A DNA stretch of 64,000 bases, taken from contig CAWKKR010000007.1 of assembly GCA_963850305.1 (NCBI GenBank), forward strand, positions 416,001 to 480,000, read 5' to 3'. Below the pieces are notes generated by a model that saw only the letters and a list, made by a program, of their open reading frames with translations, searched no databases and was not told the DNA's origin. The position numbers and the translations under genes were made by a program. Positions 62,547 through 64,000 of the stretch are shown piece after piece (the first letter of the stretch is position 1; each line of letters begins with the position of its first letter). The DNA comes from an uncultured delta proteobacterium (lineage in GTDB: Bacteria > Myxococcota_A > Polyangia > Polyangiales > Polyangiaceae).

Positions 62547-62890
62547 GACCTCGGACCTCTCCGACGAAGAAAGCGACATGCGAAAAACCTCTGTTGGCTC
62601 CCCCGAGACACCGTGCGGAGGAGGAAGACTGCGAGTCATCGCGGAGACAATTGCCCTCGCGAATCACCCGGCACGATACAACGAGTCCACCTCGCTTGGA
62701 TAGTGTCCAGGAGTCCCACGGCTCGTTAGTTTTTCGATTCGTCGGTTCATCGTCATGGTCGTCCGTGGTTTGCCGTTCCTTCGGATTCCCGAAATATTCG
62801 TGCGCCCTTTCCAATGGAGCAGCAAAAGGCGTCTCCTCTCGTGGTTGCTCTCGGTGGTGTGATAACTTCTTCAACTTCCGAACCATTGCC

Positions 62891-63940
62891 ATGGATCCTT
62901 TGCGTTCCTTTCGGTTCCTCGCGCCTTCCCGGATCGGTTGCGCGCGCCTCTTCACTGCGCTCCTGGCGCTATCCGTCGGTGGCTGCGGCAGCAAATCCGC
63001 CGGCAAGACGGGGACCGGGTGCGTTTCGGGCGAGTCGATAGCTTGCGCCGGCGTTCACGGGTGCCCGGGCTATCAGGTCTGTCGATCCGACGGGAGCGGC
63101 TACGAACCGTGCACCTGCGGTGACGGAGGCTCTCGCGCCTTCCCCCAGGTGGGCCCTTACTCGGGCCTCCTCGGCGCCGCGTGCAGCACGAACGACGATT
63201 GCCGGACCGGGTTCGACTGCGTGGCCGCGAGTTCGAACCTCATCAAGGGCGAGGGCCCGAGCTCCGGCATGTGTCTTCAGCAGTGCATCGTCGCCCACGA
63301 CTTCTGCACGAGCGTGGACGCGACCGCGCAGTGCGTGGTGCTCGACGACAAGGGAACGGCGGACACGTCCGACGACCTCTCGTATTGCATGCCGGGGTGC
63401 AAGATCGGAAAGCAGCCTGCATCGGCCGACAAGTGCCGCGGGCGCGTGGATCTCGTCTGCAGCGAGACCCCCGTGGGTTCCGGGGCAGGTTACTGCCGCC
63501 CCGCCTGTCGCAACGACGTCGACTGCGCTCCGCGGAAGTGCGACCTGAGGACGGGTCTGTGTGGCGACGCGACGCCGAGCGGCGATCCCATCGGCATCGC
63601 ATGCGCCCCGGGCAGCGCGACGTGCGCGGCGGCCTGTTACGCGGCCAGCGACACCTTCGACGAATGCAGCGGCGTGTGCAGCTACGGCACCGAAGGCTGC
63701 GGCCAGACGACGTTTCCGCCCCTCGACTTCTTCTGCGCCATACCCGTCGCAGCCGGCTCGGGCCCCGGCGACCTCGGCTACTGCGCGAAGCTCTGCGACT
63801 GTGATGACGACTGCGGCCGTCAAGACGCCGTCTGCGAAGCCGAGAGCAGTCTCGTGTCGAGCGCCGGTCGCCACGGTTACTGCGCGTCGAAAGCTCTGCC
63901 TACCGGCGGAACGCGGACCGGCCTGCCGTGCGCACAGTGA
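62891..63940 (+). CDS. Cys-rich lipoprotein
   Basis: Lipobox VGGC; many Cys modules (LGAACSTNDDC, CRNDVDC, CDCDDDC). Confidence 0.85.
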   Translation: MDPLRSFRFLAPSRIGCARLFTALLALSVGGCGSKSAGKTGTGCVSGESIACAGVHGCPGYQVCRSDGSGYEPCTCGDGGSRAFPQVGPYSGLLGAACSTNDDCRTGFDCVAASSNLIKGEGPSSGMCLQQCIVAHDFCTSVDATAQCVVLDDKGTADTSDDLSYCMPGCKIGKQPASADKCRGRVDLVCSETPVGSGAGYCRPACRNDVDCAPRKCDLRTGLCGDATPSGDPIGIACAPGSATCAAACYAASDTFDECSGVCSYGTEGCGQTTFPPLDFFCAIPVAAGSGPGDLGYCAKLCDCDDDCGRQDAVCEAESSLVSSAGRHGYCASKALPTGGTRTGLPCAQ

Positions 63941-64000
63941 AGGGTGAGCGCCCGGGATACGAGGCGATGCTCAGCTCAGCTTCGCGCGGTGCGCGGCGAC

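Overview
High-GC window (roughly 68-70% by eye). Gene content (Ser/Thr kinases, FHA/DUF4388 and stand-alone MshEN proteins, many Cys-rich lipoproteins with DAG/DGG/Gly linkers) suggests a myxobacterium, probably Polyangiaceae-like; this is an inference. It holds: an envelope redox cluster at the left end (DUF6029-like barrel running off the edge and missing from the ORF track, TlpA-like and thioredoxin-NHL lipoproteins); relics of mscS and a trehalose-phosphatase gene; a glycogen cluster (glgA, glgC, glgP, glgX and an in-frame malQ-glgB fusion); signalling genes (two kinases, a histidine kinase, a WYL regulator); housekeeping genes (cyoE, hisD, speA, gltX, ccmB, nadD); and a ~1530-aa L-domain surface lipoprotein. 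Six genes carry 1-2 nt frameshifts, most likely assembly errors. The best candidates for undescribed biology are: (i) a duplicated cassette pairing a ferritin-like diiron enzyme with a translationally coupled 14-Cys lipoprotein, where one copy has lost the enzyme and kept an 11-aa mini-ORF (44411-46495); (ii) a ~127-nt intergenic element in three copies whose long rod-like structure is kept by compensatory base changes (39757-39883, 57704-57959); (iii) a 29-bp bidirectional, apparently leaderless promoter (51423-51451). I saw no rRNA, tRNA, CRISPR array or transposase. All family assignments come from motif recognition by eye, not from database searches.
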